A stretch of 64,000 bases of DNA from Terriglobia bacterium (lineage in GTDB: Bacteria; Acidobacteriota; Terriglobia; 20CM-2-55-15). This document shows, one piece after another, positions 30,048 through 39,704 of the stretch. The stretch's first letter is position 1; each line of letters begins with the position of its first letter. The notes below the pieces were generated by a model that saw only the letters and a program-made list of their open reading frames with translations, was not told the origin of the DNA and searched no databases. The position numbers and the translations under genes were made by a program. The stretch covers positions 224,001 to 288,000 of the forward strand of contig CAXWPJ010000002.1 in assembly GCA_963664115.2 (NCBI GenBank), in the 5' to 3' direction.

Positions 30048-31274
30048 GTGACCCGCCGCTGCTTTGGTATAGGGATCTGTCGCAACGTCGCCCCTGAGTT
30101 GTTCGGGGAAGTGCCGGCGGAATCGGGCACAACGGGGGCCGGCGCGTCTGGTCGCCCGGGGTCCTACGAAGCAGTGGCGTTCACCGGCGTGCTACGCCAG
30201 CCCCAAGGTGACGACGATTTCACGGACGCGCGGGAGGCGGCGCGACTCTGCCCCAACGGCGCCATCCGCGTCGCGCCGTTTGCGCGGTCCACGCTGACGA
30301 GCGAACGACGTTCGGCGCCACGGCCGTGGCCCCAGCGCCTCGAAGACAACGTATGGGCCGTGGGACACCCATCACCCAAGAACTTCGGGGCCATGCCGTA
30401 CTTCGTTGAGCTGCCGGGTGGAGGCATACTCGTAGATCTACCTCAACCGAGTGATGCGCTGTTCGAGTGGCTCGACGTGCATGGCGGGGTTCGCTGGATC
30501 TTCATCACCCACCGTGACCACGCCTCTCACCACCGCGCCTTCGCCGAACGATTTCCGGACTGTCGGCGAGTGATTGGCGCGGATGACGTGGTCATGCGCG
30601 AGACGAAATACCGGGCCGGGACGATGGACGTCGAGGTCAAGTTAGACAGTCGCACCGTCGTGTCGCTTGACGGCACGCCGATCCCGGTCGATGAACTCGA
30701 CCATGCCGAGTGTGCCGTCATTCCGCAGCCGGGGCACACACCTGGCTCGCTTTGCCTTCTGTACCGCGACCGCTTCTTGTTTAGTGGCGATCACCTCCAC
30801 TACTCGCGCCTCCAGGAGGCCGTCGTGGCGGCGCGTCTCGTATGCTGGGAAGACTGGGAGCGCCAAACGGATTCGGTTCGGACGCTCGCACGATTGGCCG
30901 AGGCCGGCCGCCTCCGGTTTGACTGGCTGCTCGCGGGACACGGTGAGTGGCATCACTTCACACCCGATGGTGGTGGCGCGCTGGCTGCGCTCAAGGAAAC
31001 AGTGGAATGGATGGGCCAGCAGCCGCCCGGGCGCACCTCCTTGGTCAACTGGGTAACATTCGTGTTCATGCGCACGAAGCCCCGCAGTCGACTTGTTCGC
31101 GTGCTGCGCCTGATTGGCGGGGAGAGCGACGATACGTGGGTGCTGCCTCACGCAGTAAGGCACTACGTTCCTGATCACGACCCAACAGCTGCGCACGCGG
31201 CGATCCGCCGCGCATACGCAATCGGCGCGGTCGCCCTCGCAGGACTTGTCCTGCTTGTGCACGGACTACTCTAA
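30048..31274 (+). CDS. Ferredoxin-like N-terminal domain + metallo-beta-lactamase fold protein; 5' end possibly frameshifted
   Basis: CFGIGICRNVAPELF...LCPNGAI; THRDH, PGHTPGS, FSGDH, GHG; C-terminal TM; RBS-bearing ATG at 29981 is out of frame. Confidence 0.8.
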   Translation: MTRRCFGIGICRNVAPELFGEVPAESGTTGAGASGRPGSYEAVAFTGVLRQPQGDDDFTDAREAARLCPNGAIRVAPFARSTLTSERRSAPRPWPQRLEDNVWAVGHPSPKNFGAMPYFVELPGGGILVDLPQPSDALFEWLDVHGGVRWIFITHRDHASHHRAFAERFPDCRRVIGADDVVMRETKYRAGTMDVEVKLDSRTVVSLDGTPIPVDELDHAECAVIPQPGHTPGSLCLLYRDRFLFSGDHLHYSRLQEAVVAARLVCWEDWERQTDSVRTLARLAEAGRLRFDWLLAGHGEWHHFTPDGGGALAALKETVEWMGQQPPGRTSLVNWVTFVFMRTKPRSRLVRVLRLIGGESDDTWVLPHAVRHYVPDHDPTAAHAAIRRAYAIGAVALAGLVLLVHGLL

Positions 31275-31289
31275 GCTCTGCTCCGGAAG

Positions 31290-31636
31290 CGTTGGAGGTG
31301 CGGTGCGGCAAAGCGTATCAGTGAACGGGGGGACGCAGCCAATGTGGACCGCCAACGGTGAACTCTTTTGTCGGACGTTGTCGGGCGACAGAATGATGGT
31401 GGTCGAAGTCTCTCTCGGACCGGACCTGGTGCTTGGCGGAACGCAGCAATTGTTCGAGGCGTTTTATGACATGGGTCCGGGTGGTCCATACTGAAACTAC
31501 GACGTGACAGCCGACAGCCAGCGATTCCTCATAGTCCAGAACACCCCGATTACAAACAGCGAGGCAGTGCCGCCCCCGAATCAACATCGTCCTGAACTGG
31601 TTTTAAGAACTGAAGGAGCGGGTGCCGGTACCTTAA
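31290..31636 (+). pseudogene. C-terminal remnant of Ser/Thr kinase with TolB/PD40-like propeller (K1)
   Basis: VSVNGGTQPMWTANGELF...DRMMVV...*NYDVTADSQRFLIV...INIVLNWF*ELKERVPVP*; two in-frame stops, no start. Confidence 0.8.
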
Positions 31637-31644
31637 TTTTCCGG

Positions 31645-31680
31645 GTCAAGTCCTGATAAATCTTCTCGGACCTTGAGATT
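31645..31680 (+). repeat. Palindromic site, copy 2
   Basis: GTCAAGTCCTGATAA-ATC-TTCTCGGACCTTGAGATT, 8 bp after the K1 stop. Confidence 0.8.
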
Positions 31681-31981
31681 TCACATCGCCGGACCGAAAC
31701 AATCTGTAGCTCCGAAAATCGGGACTTTTTCATGGGAACTCCTGATCTCAATATGCCAAAATGCTCCATGTATGACCTGTCTTTGTTTACGGGAAGCTTA
31801 CGCAGGCATTCTACGATCAATCGTTTGAGATCCTTGGTCAACTAACTGCTAGGTCTCCTGTAGCAGAACGCGCCCCGCCCAATTTTAACCGGCGAATCCA
31901 TGATCGCGCCGTTCTTGCTTTTGCCATGTGCGGAGCCCCGGCCGGGCAATTTTTGAAGGCAGTTCGCAGGAGGTATTTCAG

Positions 31982-32401
31982 ATGCTCCAATCCCTAAGTT
32001 TTAAACGATTTGCAGTAATTTCCGTAGTTGCATTGATGGGCTTGGCGGCGTGTCGCCATCCATTCCAAGTTCGGGTGACGGATTTTCGGGGTGGCGCGAG
32101 TCCTTCTTTTTTTCAAGGCGAATCCCTGAAAATGGGCGTGCATTGGGACCAGGAAGATGCAAATAAGGCAGTTCGCTGTCAACTACTTGACACAAATACG
32201 GGTGAAAGCAAGTGGGAAGGCGGGGCCAGTGTACCTGTCGTCGAAAACGGCTCCCTCGAAACGCTGGCCTTCGATCCGCCACTCCCTTCAGACGGTCAAC
32301 TCGGCCTGACCGCGGGTGCGTATCAGTGGACATGTGACCTGGAAGAATACGGGACGTCAGGGGTCTACTTCGACATAGTTGAGCGTTTTCGACATAATTG
32401 A
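31982..32401 (+). CDS. Hypothetical lipoprotein (paralog of 60274-60681)
   Basis: GGAGG RBS, lipobox LAAC, two further Cys; colinear paralog elsewhere in the window. Confidence 0.8.
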   Translation: MLQSLSFKRFAVISVVALMGLAACRHPFQVRVTDFRGGASPSFFQGESLKMGVHWDQEDANKAVRCQLLDTNTGESKWEGGASVPVVENGSLETLAFDPPLPSDGQLGLTAGAYQWTCDLEEYGTSGVYFDIVERFRHN

Positions 32402-32454
32402 GCGTTTAGGGTCCGCGCCAGAAGGCGCTCTATCCTATTTGAGTTGCTGTGCCT

Positions 32455-32660
32455 CGTCAGGGTGAACACGCTGAGTCCGGGTCCGATTGAAACGCCGATT
32501 CATGGTCGGCTGGGAATGCCTCCGGAAGCGGCAGAACAGATGGCTGAAGCACTCGAAAGCGGGATACCGATGGGGCGCTTCGGACAGGCAGACAAGGTGG
32601 CAAACGTCGCGCTCTTCCTTGCGATTGACCAAGCGTCCTATGTGCTGGGGGCTGAATCAT
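32455..32660 (+). pseudogene. 3' fragment of SDR oxidoreductase
   Basis: RVNTLSPGPIETP...IPMGRFGQADKVANVALFLA..ASYVLGAE; no GxxxGxG or YxxxK part. Confidence 0.8.
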
Positions 32661-32685
32661 TAAGTCCGAATCAACCAAGAAAGCG

Positions 32686-32723
32686 TCTCAAGTCCTGAGA
32701 AATCATCTTGTCGGACGTTGAGA
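32686..32723 (+). repeat. Palindromic site, copy 3
   Basis: TCTCAAGTCCTGAGAA-ATCATC-TTGTCGGACGTTGAGA. Confidence 0.85.
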
Positions 32724-32968
32724 GCCCCGCTGATTCAATCATTGCTTCCAACCCGCTCGTTCGAAAGCTAGGGCTGGTTGCCAGAAGCCGACTTCTGGGG
32801 CGTTGAATGTTGATCGGTAAACGAAACGGCGTTAGTCAGGAGCTATCCGGAAGACGGATGTCGTGACCCTTCCACTAACCGTAACTAATACTGCTGGCCG
32901 GTTCGGGCGCAGTTAGGTGTCCGTCCCGGAACTTGTTGTCGGAAAATTCTGGGAAGCCCCGGTATCGG

Positions 32969-34402
32969 CTAGCGATTGCCGAGCGCCCCTCGCAATTTGT
33001 CGGCTAGTGATCCAAAGGACGCCGTCACCGGGTCATCCGGACGCTCGGCGTACTCCCGTAGTTCCGCTTGCTCCCGTTGCTTGGCGACCGCCGTCTTGCT
33101 GAGGCGAATCCGGCCCCCGGCCGGATCAACCTCAAGCACCATCACCTCAACCTCGCTGCCCAGGGGAAAGGCCCGCAGCATGTCCTGGTCGCGGTCCACC
33201 CCGGTTTCCGCAGTCGGTATGAGGCCGGTCTTGCCAGGTGCCAGGAACACGAACACGCCGAACGTCTCGTGCCGCTCCACCTTTCCGACCAGGATCGACC
33301 CCCCCACGATGCCACTCTGCGGTGCTCGGGCTCCGGCCGTGCGGGTGGAGCCTTCCTCCAGCATTGCGACACCCATACGCTGCTTCTCGGGGTCGATGCT
33401 CAAAATCTCGAACGCGGCGGTGTCGCCCACAGCGATGGACTTCGTCCACCCGTCGGCGCGCGCCGTTGGGGCGAACGTCGAGCTGTGCGCAAGCGCCTCG
33501 ATGCCAGGTTCCAGCTCTACGAAGGCACCGAACTCCATCATTCGGGTGACGCGGCCCGTGTGCACCTGGCCCACTTCGTAGCGGGTCGCCACCCCGGTCC
33601 ACGGATCCTTCTGGAGCTGTTTCAGCCCGAGCGATATCCTGTCGGCGGCGTCGTCCACGCGCAGCACCTGGACGGTGATCTGATCGCCGGGCGCCACTAT
33701 TTCGCTGGGACTGCTCACGCGCGACCAGCTCATCTGGGACACATGCAGCAGGCCCTGGATGCCGCCACCCAAATCCACGAACGCGCCGAATTCGGGCACC
33801 GAGACGACGCGCCCCGTGAGCACCGCGCCGGCTACGATGGATTTGCGAACCTCGGCCGCAACGGCGCGCTGCTCCTCTTCGAGCTGCTTGCGCCTCGAGA
33901 CCACGATGTTCTTGCCGCCTTCCTTGTACTCGATGATGCGGAAGGTGTAGACCTGCCCCTCGTGTACGGCCGGATCGGATGTGCGGGCGATGTCGATTTG
34001 CGACATCGGGCAGAACGCGCGCTCTCGAGCGATGCGCACCTCGTAGCCGCCCTTTATCGCCGTCTCGACCTTACCCTCTATGGCGAGGCCGTCCTGGAAT
34101 GCATCTTCGATTTCGCGCTGGGTGGCAGCGTTGCGTACGCCCCTCCGCGACAGCGTGATGCCTCTGATCGTGGAGACGACGATGGCCTGGAGGGGATCGC
34201 CAACCGCGACTTCCAGGTTGCCGTCGGCGTCTTTCAGTTCCGCGACGTCGATCTGGGCCTCGCTCTTGCCGCCCACGCTGACAAGGGCCACCTCGGCGCC
34301 GATGGCCACGATCGTGCCATCGACGGTCTGGCCCCGGTCGAAGCGCTTGGCCCCGACCGACGCTTCGAACATCGCGGCGAAATCTTCATCTGGTTCGTTC
34401 AT
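32969..34402 (-). CDS. Multi-S1-domain protein (ribosomal protein S1 paralog)
   Basis: MNEPDEDFAAMFE; repeated FGAFV.L..G..GL.H S1 motifs; ISLGLKQLQKDPW; C-terminal FGSLADKL. Confidence 0.88.
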   Translation of the reverse strand: MNEPDEDFAAMFEASVGAKRFDRGQTVDGTIVAIGAEVALVSVGGKSEAQIDVAELKDADGNLEVAVGDPLQAIVVSTIRGITLSRRGVRNAATQREIEDAFQDGLAIEGKVETAIKGGYEVRIARERAFCPMSQIDIARTSDPAVHEGQVYTFRIIEYKEGGKNIVVSRRKQLEEEQRAVAAEVRKSIVAGAVLTGRVVSVPEFGAFVDLGGGIQGLLHVSQMSWSRVSSPSEIVAPGDQITVQVLRVDDAADRISLGLKQLQKDPWTGVATRYEVGQVHTGRVTRMMEFGAFVELEPGIEALAHSSTFAPTARADGWTKSIAVGDTAAFEILSIDPEKQRMGVAMLEEGSTRTAGARAPQSGIVGGSILVGKVERHETFGVFVFLAPGKTGLIPTAETGVDRDQDMLRAFPLGSEVEVMVLEVDPAGGRIRLSKTAVAKQREQAELREYAERPDDPVTASFGSLADKLRGALGNR

Positions 34403-34747
34403 TGCATACACCTCGGAACTGGAACGGGAGCGATTATACCAGTGAATATTTTTGAACCGCAACGCCACCCGCAGCCTACGTCTGACATGTGATTGATGGA
34501 ATTGCACCAACGAGCTGAGTCGTTCCCTAGCTCCCGGGAATTTGCGGAAGTGTTACCGAAGTCGCCTTCTGGAAAACTGAGACTCCCATCTTGGACTCCT
34601 TCAAACTGTGCCATTTCCCCCTAGAGTTACACTTGGAGGCGGGCCGACGCGTGATTACTCCTCCCTTGTCGCCTGGCGTTTAGGAACGGGCAGCATTAAC
34701 GACCCAAAAGGCGGCTTCGGGGAAGTCGGCGGAGACAGAGATGACGG

Positions 34748-34786
34748 GTCAAGTCCTGAGAAATCATCTTCTCGGACGTTGAGAAT
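34748..34786 (+). repeat. Palindromic site, copy 4
   Basis: GTCAAGTCCTGAGAA-ATCATC-TTCTCGGACGTTGAGAAT. Confidence 0.85.
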
Positions 34787-34947
34787 TGAACTCACCAATT
34801 TCCGATAAGCCGACTAACCTTCGATTGGGGTTTATGGACGGTTTGCTGACTGTATGCGCTGGGCGCGCGGTCAGCTGACGGATGAGGAACTCGATGTGGA
34901 ATTCCTGATGCGGGAACTGCAACGGCGGCTACAGACCGAGCATCTGC

Positions 34948-35247
34948 TTGATGTTCGATGAACTCACGAAGCACAAGGTGTGGTGGCTCCTCGTAGACGA
35001 CGATGTTGTTGATCTGTGCACCGAGGACCCCGGCAGAGACGTCGATCTTTATGTTGGTTCGACGGTGCGCACGATCGTTGAAGTCTGGGAGGGCGACCTC
35101 GACATGCGCACGGCTTTGAAGAATGGTTCGATCAAGGCGCACAGATTGCGCCATCTTGTCCGCACTATGCCGGACTGGTTCGGCGTTTGTCTGTACAAGG
35201 AAGTCCGGCGGGGTAATCCGAAACTCATGCGCAAAGTGGCTGAATAG
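34948..35247 (+). pseudogene. C-terminal (SCP2-like) fragment of HxlR-type regulator
   Basis: WWLLVD..VDLC.EDPG.DVDLYV...VWEG...ALKNG; no HTH domain upstream. Confidence 0.65.
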
Positions 35248-35324
35248 AATTTGTTTCGGTGATACGAGTGAAGTTGCCGGACGCTCTTCATCCGCCATGG
35301 GGGCCACTGGCAACTTGAAAGAAG

Positions 35325-35375
35325 ATCCTTCTGATCTGGTTTGAAGAACTGAAGGAACGGGTGCCGGTTCCGTGA
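35325..35375 (+). pseudogene. Kinase C-terminal remnant (K2)
   Basis: [16 protein letters not shown]. Confidence 0.7.
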
Positions 35376-35381
35376 TTCCGG

Positions 35382-35419
35382 TCTCAGGGCGCGATAAATC
35401 CCGTTCGCGGCCAGTGAGA
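35382..35419 (+). repeat. Palindromic site, divergent copy 5
   Basis: TCTCAGGGCGCGATAA-ATCCCG-TTCGCGGCCAGTGAGA, 6 bp after the K2 stop. Confidence 0.55.
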
Positions 35420-35490
35420 GTCCGTTGCCTCCCAGACAAGGTTAAGTTGATGCGTGGACGCTACGTTTCTGGACGTGGCACAATCACCCT

Positions 35491-35859
35491 GTGGCAATTG
35501 AACTGAATCACACAATTGTGCCAGCAAAGGATAAGGTGGCGTCAGCAGAATTCTTTGCTCGGATTTTTGGTCTGCCATACGAGGGAGCCGTAGCGCACTT
35601 CGCTCCTGTTCGAGTCAATGACTCGCTGACGTTCGATTTTGACGACCGTGAGGACTTCGATTCACACCATTACGCGTTTAAGGTGAGTGAGGAAGACTTC
35701 GACGCAGTTTTTGAACGGCTTCAGAATGAGGGAATACCCTACGGGAGTGGGCCACCACCAAACGTGGACAACATGAAGATAAATCGACGGCGTGGTGGTC
35801 GCGGTGTCTACTTTTCTGACCCCAACGGACACGTCCTGGAGCTGCTGACCGTCGGGTAA
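35491..35859 (+). CDS. VOC/glyoxalase family protein
   Basis: LNHTIVPAKDK..SAEFF..HYAFKVSE..GRGVYFSDPNGHVLELLT. Confidence 0.9.
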   Translation: MAIELNHTIVPAKDKVASAEFFARIFGLPYEGAVAHFAPVRVNDSLTFDFDDREDFDSHHYAFKVSEEDFDAVFERLQNEGIPYGSGPPPNVDNMKINRRRGGRGVYFSDPNGHVLELLTVG

Positions 35860-35954
35860 GAAGACCGCTCCCCGAGGCGCTGCCCCCAGGCAACCAAACG
35901 GTGCCGAAGAAGTCGGCTTCAAGGAAGTCAGGCCACTGGGGCAGCAAATGTACT

Positions 35955-35992
35955 TGTCGGCGCCCGAGAGATCCTTGTCGTAAGTTGAGAAA
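35955..35992 (+). repeat. Palindromic site, degenerate copy 6
   Basis: GCCCGAGAG-ATCC-TTGTCGTAAGTTGAGAAA matches mainly the right arm. Confidence 0.45.
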
Positions 35993-36027
35993 CGGACCCA
36001 CTCCTTTCCGAAAAGTCGACTGCCGCC

Positions 36028-36125
36028 CGACGGCCTCCGGCCGCGCGCGGGTTGACATAACACCCATACGACGACATTGCCAGCGCTGCCATTGTCGTCA
36101 GACCCTTCTTATTCCGCTTATCCGC
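36028..36125 (+). repeat. 98-bp dispersed direct repeat, copy A
   Basis: Ungapped match to 38230-38327 with about 14 differences by eye. Confidence 0.85.
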
Positions 36126-36228
36126 CTTCGGATTCCAGCGTCTTAAGTTTGTCGCCCGTGCGGCCCTGAAGTAGCTGGCGACCACCCTTGGACAGTTCCA
36201 TGCGCTCCGGGCTGGAGACTGCCCGGGA

Positions 36229-37671
36229 TCAATCCGCACGCCGACCGGCGGCTTCATAAAGCTCCGCGACCGGAACCACGCCCGGAGCGTGGATCGAAAG
36301 AAGCTGCTCGACGTCCAGATTGAGTCGTTCGATGTTGTCGACGAGATTGGCGACCGTCGCCACACCTTCCGTCAGCGCCGGCACGCCGGGGCCCGGCGAA
36401 TCAAAAATATCGGCTTGGACAAGCATCTTTTCTGCGGGCAGGTAGGCCATGATGGCGCCGTCGGCATGCGGGCTGTCTTGGATCAGGTACAACTCAATCG
36501 TACGGGTGCCGTCGGTGAGAACTTTCTTCTCCGTCAGTGTCTCAAAGACCGCCCGGGTTCCGGACCGCGAAAGTCTGTCGGGAGCGATCGTGCTGGGCGC
36601 CGCGAAGATCCTTGCGTAGTACGGCGCGTTGAGACTGTGCGTCACGATGGTTGCCCCTTCGGCGGCGAACGCCCGCAATCCACCGGAGTGATCGAAGTGG
36701 TGGTGCGAGTTGATGACGTATCGAATCGGCTTGTTCGGAATCTGTCTCTTCGCCTCAGCGATGAACTGGAGTGCGCGCTCGTCATTGCGGGAAGCGCCCA
36801 TCATGACGATGTAGTCCTCGAAGTCGACGACGACGGAATTGTTCGACCCGCCCTGGATCAGAAAGACACCGTCAGCCACTGGGATGGACCTGAATGCTGT
36901 GGGTGCGGCTGGAGCAGCGGCCCGCTCTGGAGGCTCAATGTTGACGGCCACGTTGGCCTCGGCGCGGGTGACGGTCAGATCGAGGACGGGAAAACCGCCC
37001 TGGTTCTGAACAATACGGGTGGGAAACCAGAGGCCGCTAAAATCCCGATAGTCCGCATACGTCACGTCGATCAACAGGTCGCCCAGCGCAGCGTATTCCA
37101 CCCAGGTCTCAACCTTTGCAACCCTGTTCTGCTCATTGATGTAGCCGTTCACCCGGTACTTGTCCTGCACGGTGAAGCTGACGACTCTGTAGACCGTGCC
37201 GCCTATTGTTTGCGATTCCGCCGTCGGGTTGTTCGCCATCGCCGCCTTAATGAATCCGTGCGGCGTGATCCAGATATCGACCTGCTGTGCCCATGGAGCA
37301 TCCGGCCGGATGAACTGATCCCGGCTTTGGTTGACGACGGGGATCCCGATTCCCCCGCCGCCCCGCCGGTCCACCGCAGTGCGCACCGACTGGACTCTCG
37401 ACGCGGGGGCGTCGAAGTCAATCTCACGCGTGTAGGTGCTAAGGCTAAAGCGGGGCCAGGGCGCGTTCGGATTCACACTCTGGCCGAACGTGAAGCTCGA
37501 GCCGCTACCGGAATACTGAATCGTTTTCAGGTCTTCAGCGCCCATGGCACGGGCCGCATTATTAAGGATGGATCTGGCATCGGGCGCCACAGCAGTCCTC
37601 TGGGCGAGGCCAACTGAAGGCAGCGCGGCCAGCAGAATTGTGAGTGTGGCTACGGTCACGGATGATTTCAC
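36229..37671 (-). CDS. Secreted metallo-beta-lactamase-fold hydrolase
   Basis: Signal peptide; SHHHFDHSGGLR, SPHADG, QAD, SIH. Confidence 0.88.
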   Translation of the reverse strand: MKSSVTVATLTILLAALPSVGLAQRTAVAPDARSILNNAARAMGAEDLKTIQYSGSGSSFTFGQSVNPNAPWPRFSLSTYTREIDFDAPASRVQSVRTAVDRRGGGGIGIPVVNQSRDQFIRPDAPWAQQVDIWITPHGFIKAAMANNPTAESQTIGGTVYRVVSFTVQDKYRVNGYINEQNRVAKVETWVEYAALGDLLIDVTYADYRDFSGLWFPTRIVQNQGGFPVLDLTVTRAEANVAVNIEPPERAAAPAAPTAFRSIPVADGVFLIQGGSNNSVVVDFEDYIVMMGASRNDERALQFIAEAKRQIPNKPIRYVINSHHHFDHSGGLRAFAAEGATIVTHSLNAPYYARIFAAPSTIAPDRLSRSGTRAVFETLTEKKVLTDGTRTIELYLIQDSPHADGAIMAYLPAEKMLVQADIFDSPGPGVPALTEGVATVANLVDNIERLNLDVEQLLSIHAPGVVPVAELYEAAGRRAD

Positions 37672-37952
37672 CTGATTGCCTCCAATGTCGTTTCCAATCT
37701 GAGGGAATTCCGACGTAGTGCCTGTGTCGGGAATCGAATTGTAAGAATCCGTATAAATCTAACTTCAGTTGGAACTTCTAAGCAAGAAAAGTCTCAACTC
37801 GCATCCAATTCGGAGCGATTCACTCTAACGTCATACCTGATTGCCAAGGCAGTGAAGCCCTCGCCCCAAGCGATAGAAAAATGAATAGCGGGCCGCCCTC
37901 CGATCGGTTCATGTAGGGGCATCTGCCATATCGAGGTATCGGGGGAGAGGAC

Positions 37953-38229
37953 ATGGACCGCATCAAGCGCGCTGAAACAATGGTATTAGCACTCATCCTG
38001 GTGTGCACTCTGGTGGCCCTTCCGGCCGCCGCCCAGAGTGATTTTGCCGGAGAGTGGCTCGACCATCGGTCACGAAGATATCGAAGTGGATCGCCGCGGT
38101 GGCGCCGTATACGGCGACTACACCGGCCTGCCGATCAACGAGGCGGCCCGCATGCGCCGCGAGACCTACGACGCATCGGTATTCGCGCTGCCCGAATGGC
38201 AGTGCCGTCCGCATGGTGTGGATTTCGCG
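37953..38229 (+). pseudogene. Frameshifted, 3'-truncated exported protein related to the expanded family
   Basis: Signal peptide + AQSDFAGEW, then in a shifted frame HED...GDYTGLPINEAAR...LPEWQCRPH, cut at the 98-bp repeat. Confidence 0.65.
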
Positions 38230-38327
38230 CGACGGCCTGCGGCCGCGCAGGGGTTGACATGACGCCCGTACGGCGACACTGTCCGCGCTGCCATAGTCGT
38301 CAGACTCTGCTTGTTCCGCTTATCCGC
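38230..38327 (+). repeat. 98-bp dispersed direct repeat, copy B
   Basis: Matches 36028-36125; lies exactly between two gene fragments. Confidence 0.85.
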
Positions 38328-38482
38328 TCGAGGCCAGTGAAATCGTCCAGGTGACTGCCAGGGACACAGCCGGGGAGAAGACCTTCTCGGTGCGGATGCG
38401 AATCGATACTCCCGTGAAGCTCGAGTACTACCTGCACGGCGGGATCCTGCAGTATGTCCTGCGGCAGATTCTCGCGGCCTGA
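38327..38482 (+). pseudogene. 3'-terminal fragment of aconitate hydratase AcnA
   Basis: EIVQVTARDTAGEKTFSVRMRIDTPVKLEYYLHGGILQYVLRQILAA*, the canonical AcnA C-terminus (not in the ORF track). Confidence 0.85.
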
Positions 38483-38507
38483 TCAACTAGCGGACTGTCA
38501 TAATCCA

Positions 38508-39704
38508 CTAGCCCAGCGAGCGACCGGCGATCCAGCTTCCTCCGATGATCGTCCCAAGCGTGCTTCCCAGGTTCGAGAGCACGACGACCAGCAGAATGCG
38601 ACTCACCGGGTTGGTCCAGAAACCCTTGACCGTGCTGATCGACTCGGACAGATTCTCGAGGTCTTCAACCGTCGGCTTCTTGAGGACCGCTTGCGCCAGG
38701 CCCGAGACCCAACCGGCGGCGATCATTGGGTTCAGGCTGGTAAGCGGCGCCGCCACGAAGGCGGTGAGAATGGTCAGCGGATGCGCCAGCGCAAGGAGTG
38801 CACCGAGTGCGGAGAACGTGCCGTTGACCAGCACCCAGATGGCCACCGACTCCAGCGAGTGCTGTGCTCCGCCTTTGAAGAAACCGTAAACGATCAGTCC
38901 GACGATCGCCACAGGGATGCCCCACTTGAGGAGCTGCGGCCAGAACGAGGGCTTGGGTTGCTGTTCAAGGGGCCCCAAGGGGGTGTCCTTCTGGATCTCC
39001 TGCAGGATGCCGGGAACGTGGCCTGCGCCCAAGATCGCGACGACAGTCTTGCCTTCGGCGCTGCGGATCTTCTGCGACAGGTAGACGTCTCGTTCATCGA
39101 TCAATGTGCCCATGACGGTGGGGAATTCCTTGGCCAGGAGCCCCAGCACGTCGGCAAGCTGTTCCTCCTGCTTGATCTCCTCGACGGTTTCCGCGTCGAT
39201 CTTGCCGACGAAGAACAGGCTCATCATGAGCTGTCCCATCATCTTCAGCTTGCTCCAGGAGCCCAGATTGCCCCAGGTCCGGCGCAGAGTGATCTGAATA
39301 TCGCGGTCGGCCAGCACCAACGCTGCCTGCCGCTTCTCCGCCAGCCGGATTCCTTCGACCATTTCTGCGCCCGGAGTGACGCCGAGTTGCTGCGCGATGC
39401 GGCGCTGGTACGAGCTCATGATGAGGGAGCTCAGGAGAAGCATGGCCTTTTTCTCGCGGATGATCTTGACGATGTTGGTTCGCTTCCACTGCTCGCGATC
39501 CATGATGTTGCGGTAGCGCGACTCGCAGAGTTCGACGCATATCGAGTCGGGATTGACGGCGTCGATGGTATCTCGGACGTCCTGAACGCTCTGCTTCGAG
39601 ACGTGGGCCGTGGCGACGAGGTAGATCTGCCGGCCGTCGAGTTCTACCTTCTTGACGCAGGAGGGGATCTCCGGCGTGGGTTTGCTGGGCTCGATTTCCG
39701 TCAT
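38508..39704 (-). CDS. TraB/GumN (pheromone-shutdown TraB-like) membrane protein
   Basis: ATAHVSKQS, ICVELC, PGAEM, DRDIQITLRR, LIDERD, GAGH; C-terminal TMs with APLTSLNP. Confidence 0.92.
   Translation of the reverse strand: MTEIEPSKPTPEIPSCVKKVELDGRQIYLVATAHVSKQSVQDVRDTIDAVNPDSICVELCESRYRNIMDREQWKRTNIVKIIREKKAMLLLSSLIMSSYQRRIAQQLGVTPGAEMVEGIRLAEKRQAALVLADRDIQITLRRTWGNLGSWSKLKMMGQLMMSLFFVGKIDAETVEEIKQEEQLADVLGLLAKEFPTVMGTLIDERDVYLSQKIRSAEGKTVVAILGAGHVPGILQEIQKDTPLGPLEQQPKPSFWPQLLKWGIPVAIVGLIVYGFFKGGAQHSLESVAIWVLVNGTFSALGALLALAHPLTILTAFVAAPLTSLNPMIAAGWVSGLAQAVLKKPTVEDLENLSESISTVKGFWTNPVSRILLVVVLSNLGSTLGTIIGGSWIAGRSLG

Noticed and set aside
31492-31494. In-frame TGA in K1 as selenocysteine or readthrough
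   Set aside because: A second stop (TAA) and the lack of a start show simple decay.
33068-34492. 474-aa plus-strand ORF
   Set aside because: Antisense shadow of the S1-domain gene; no motifs.
34608-34740. Possible sixth kinase remnant (MPFPPRVTLG...KGGFGEV) before site 4
   Set aside because: Only two short matches with wrong spacing; cannot be separated from chance.
36289-37617. 442-aa plus-strand ORF
   Set aside because: Antisense shadow of the MBL hydrolase.
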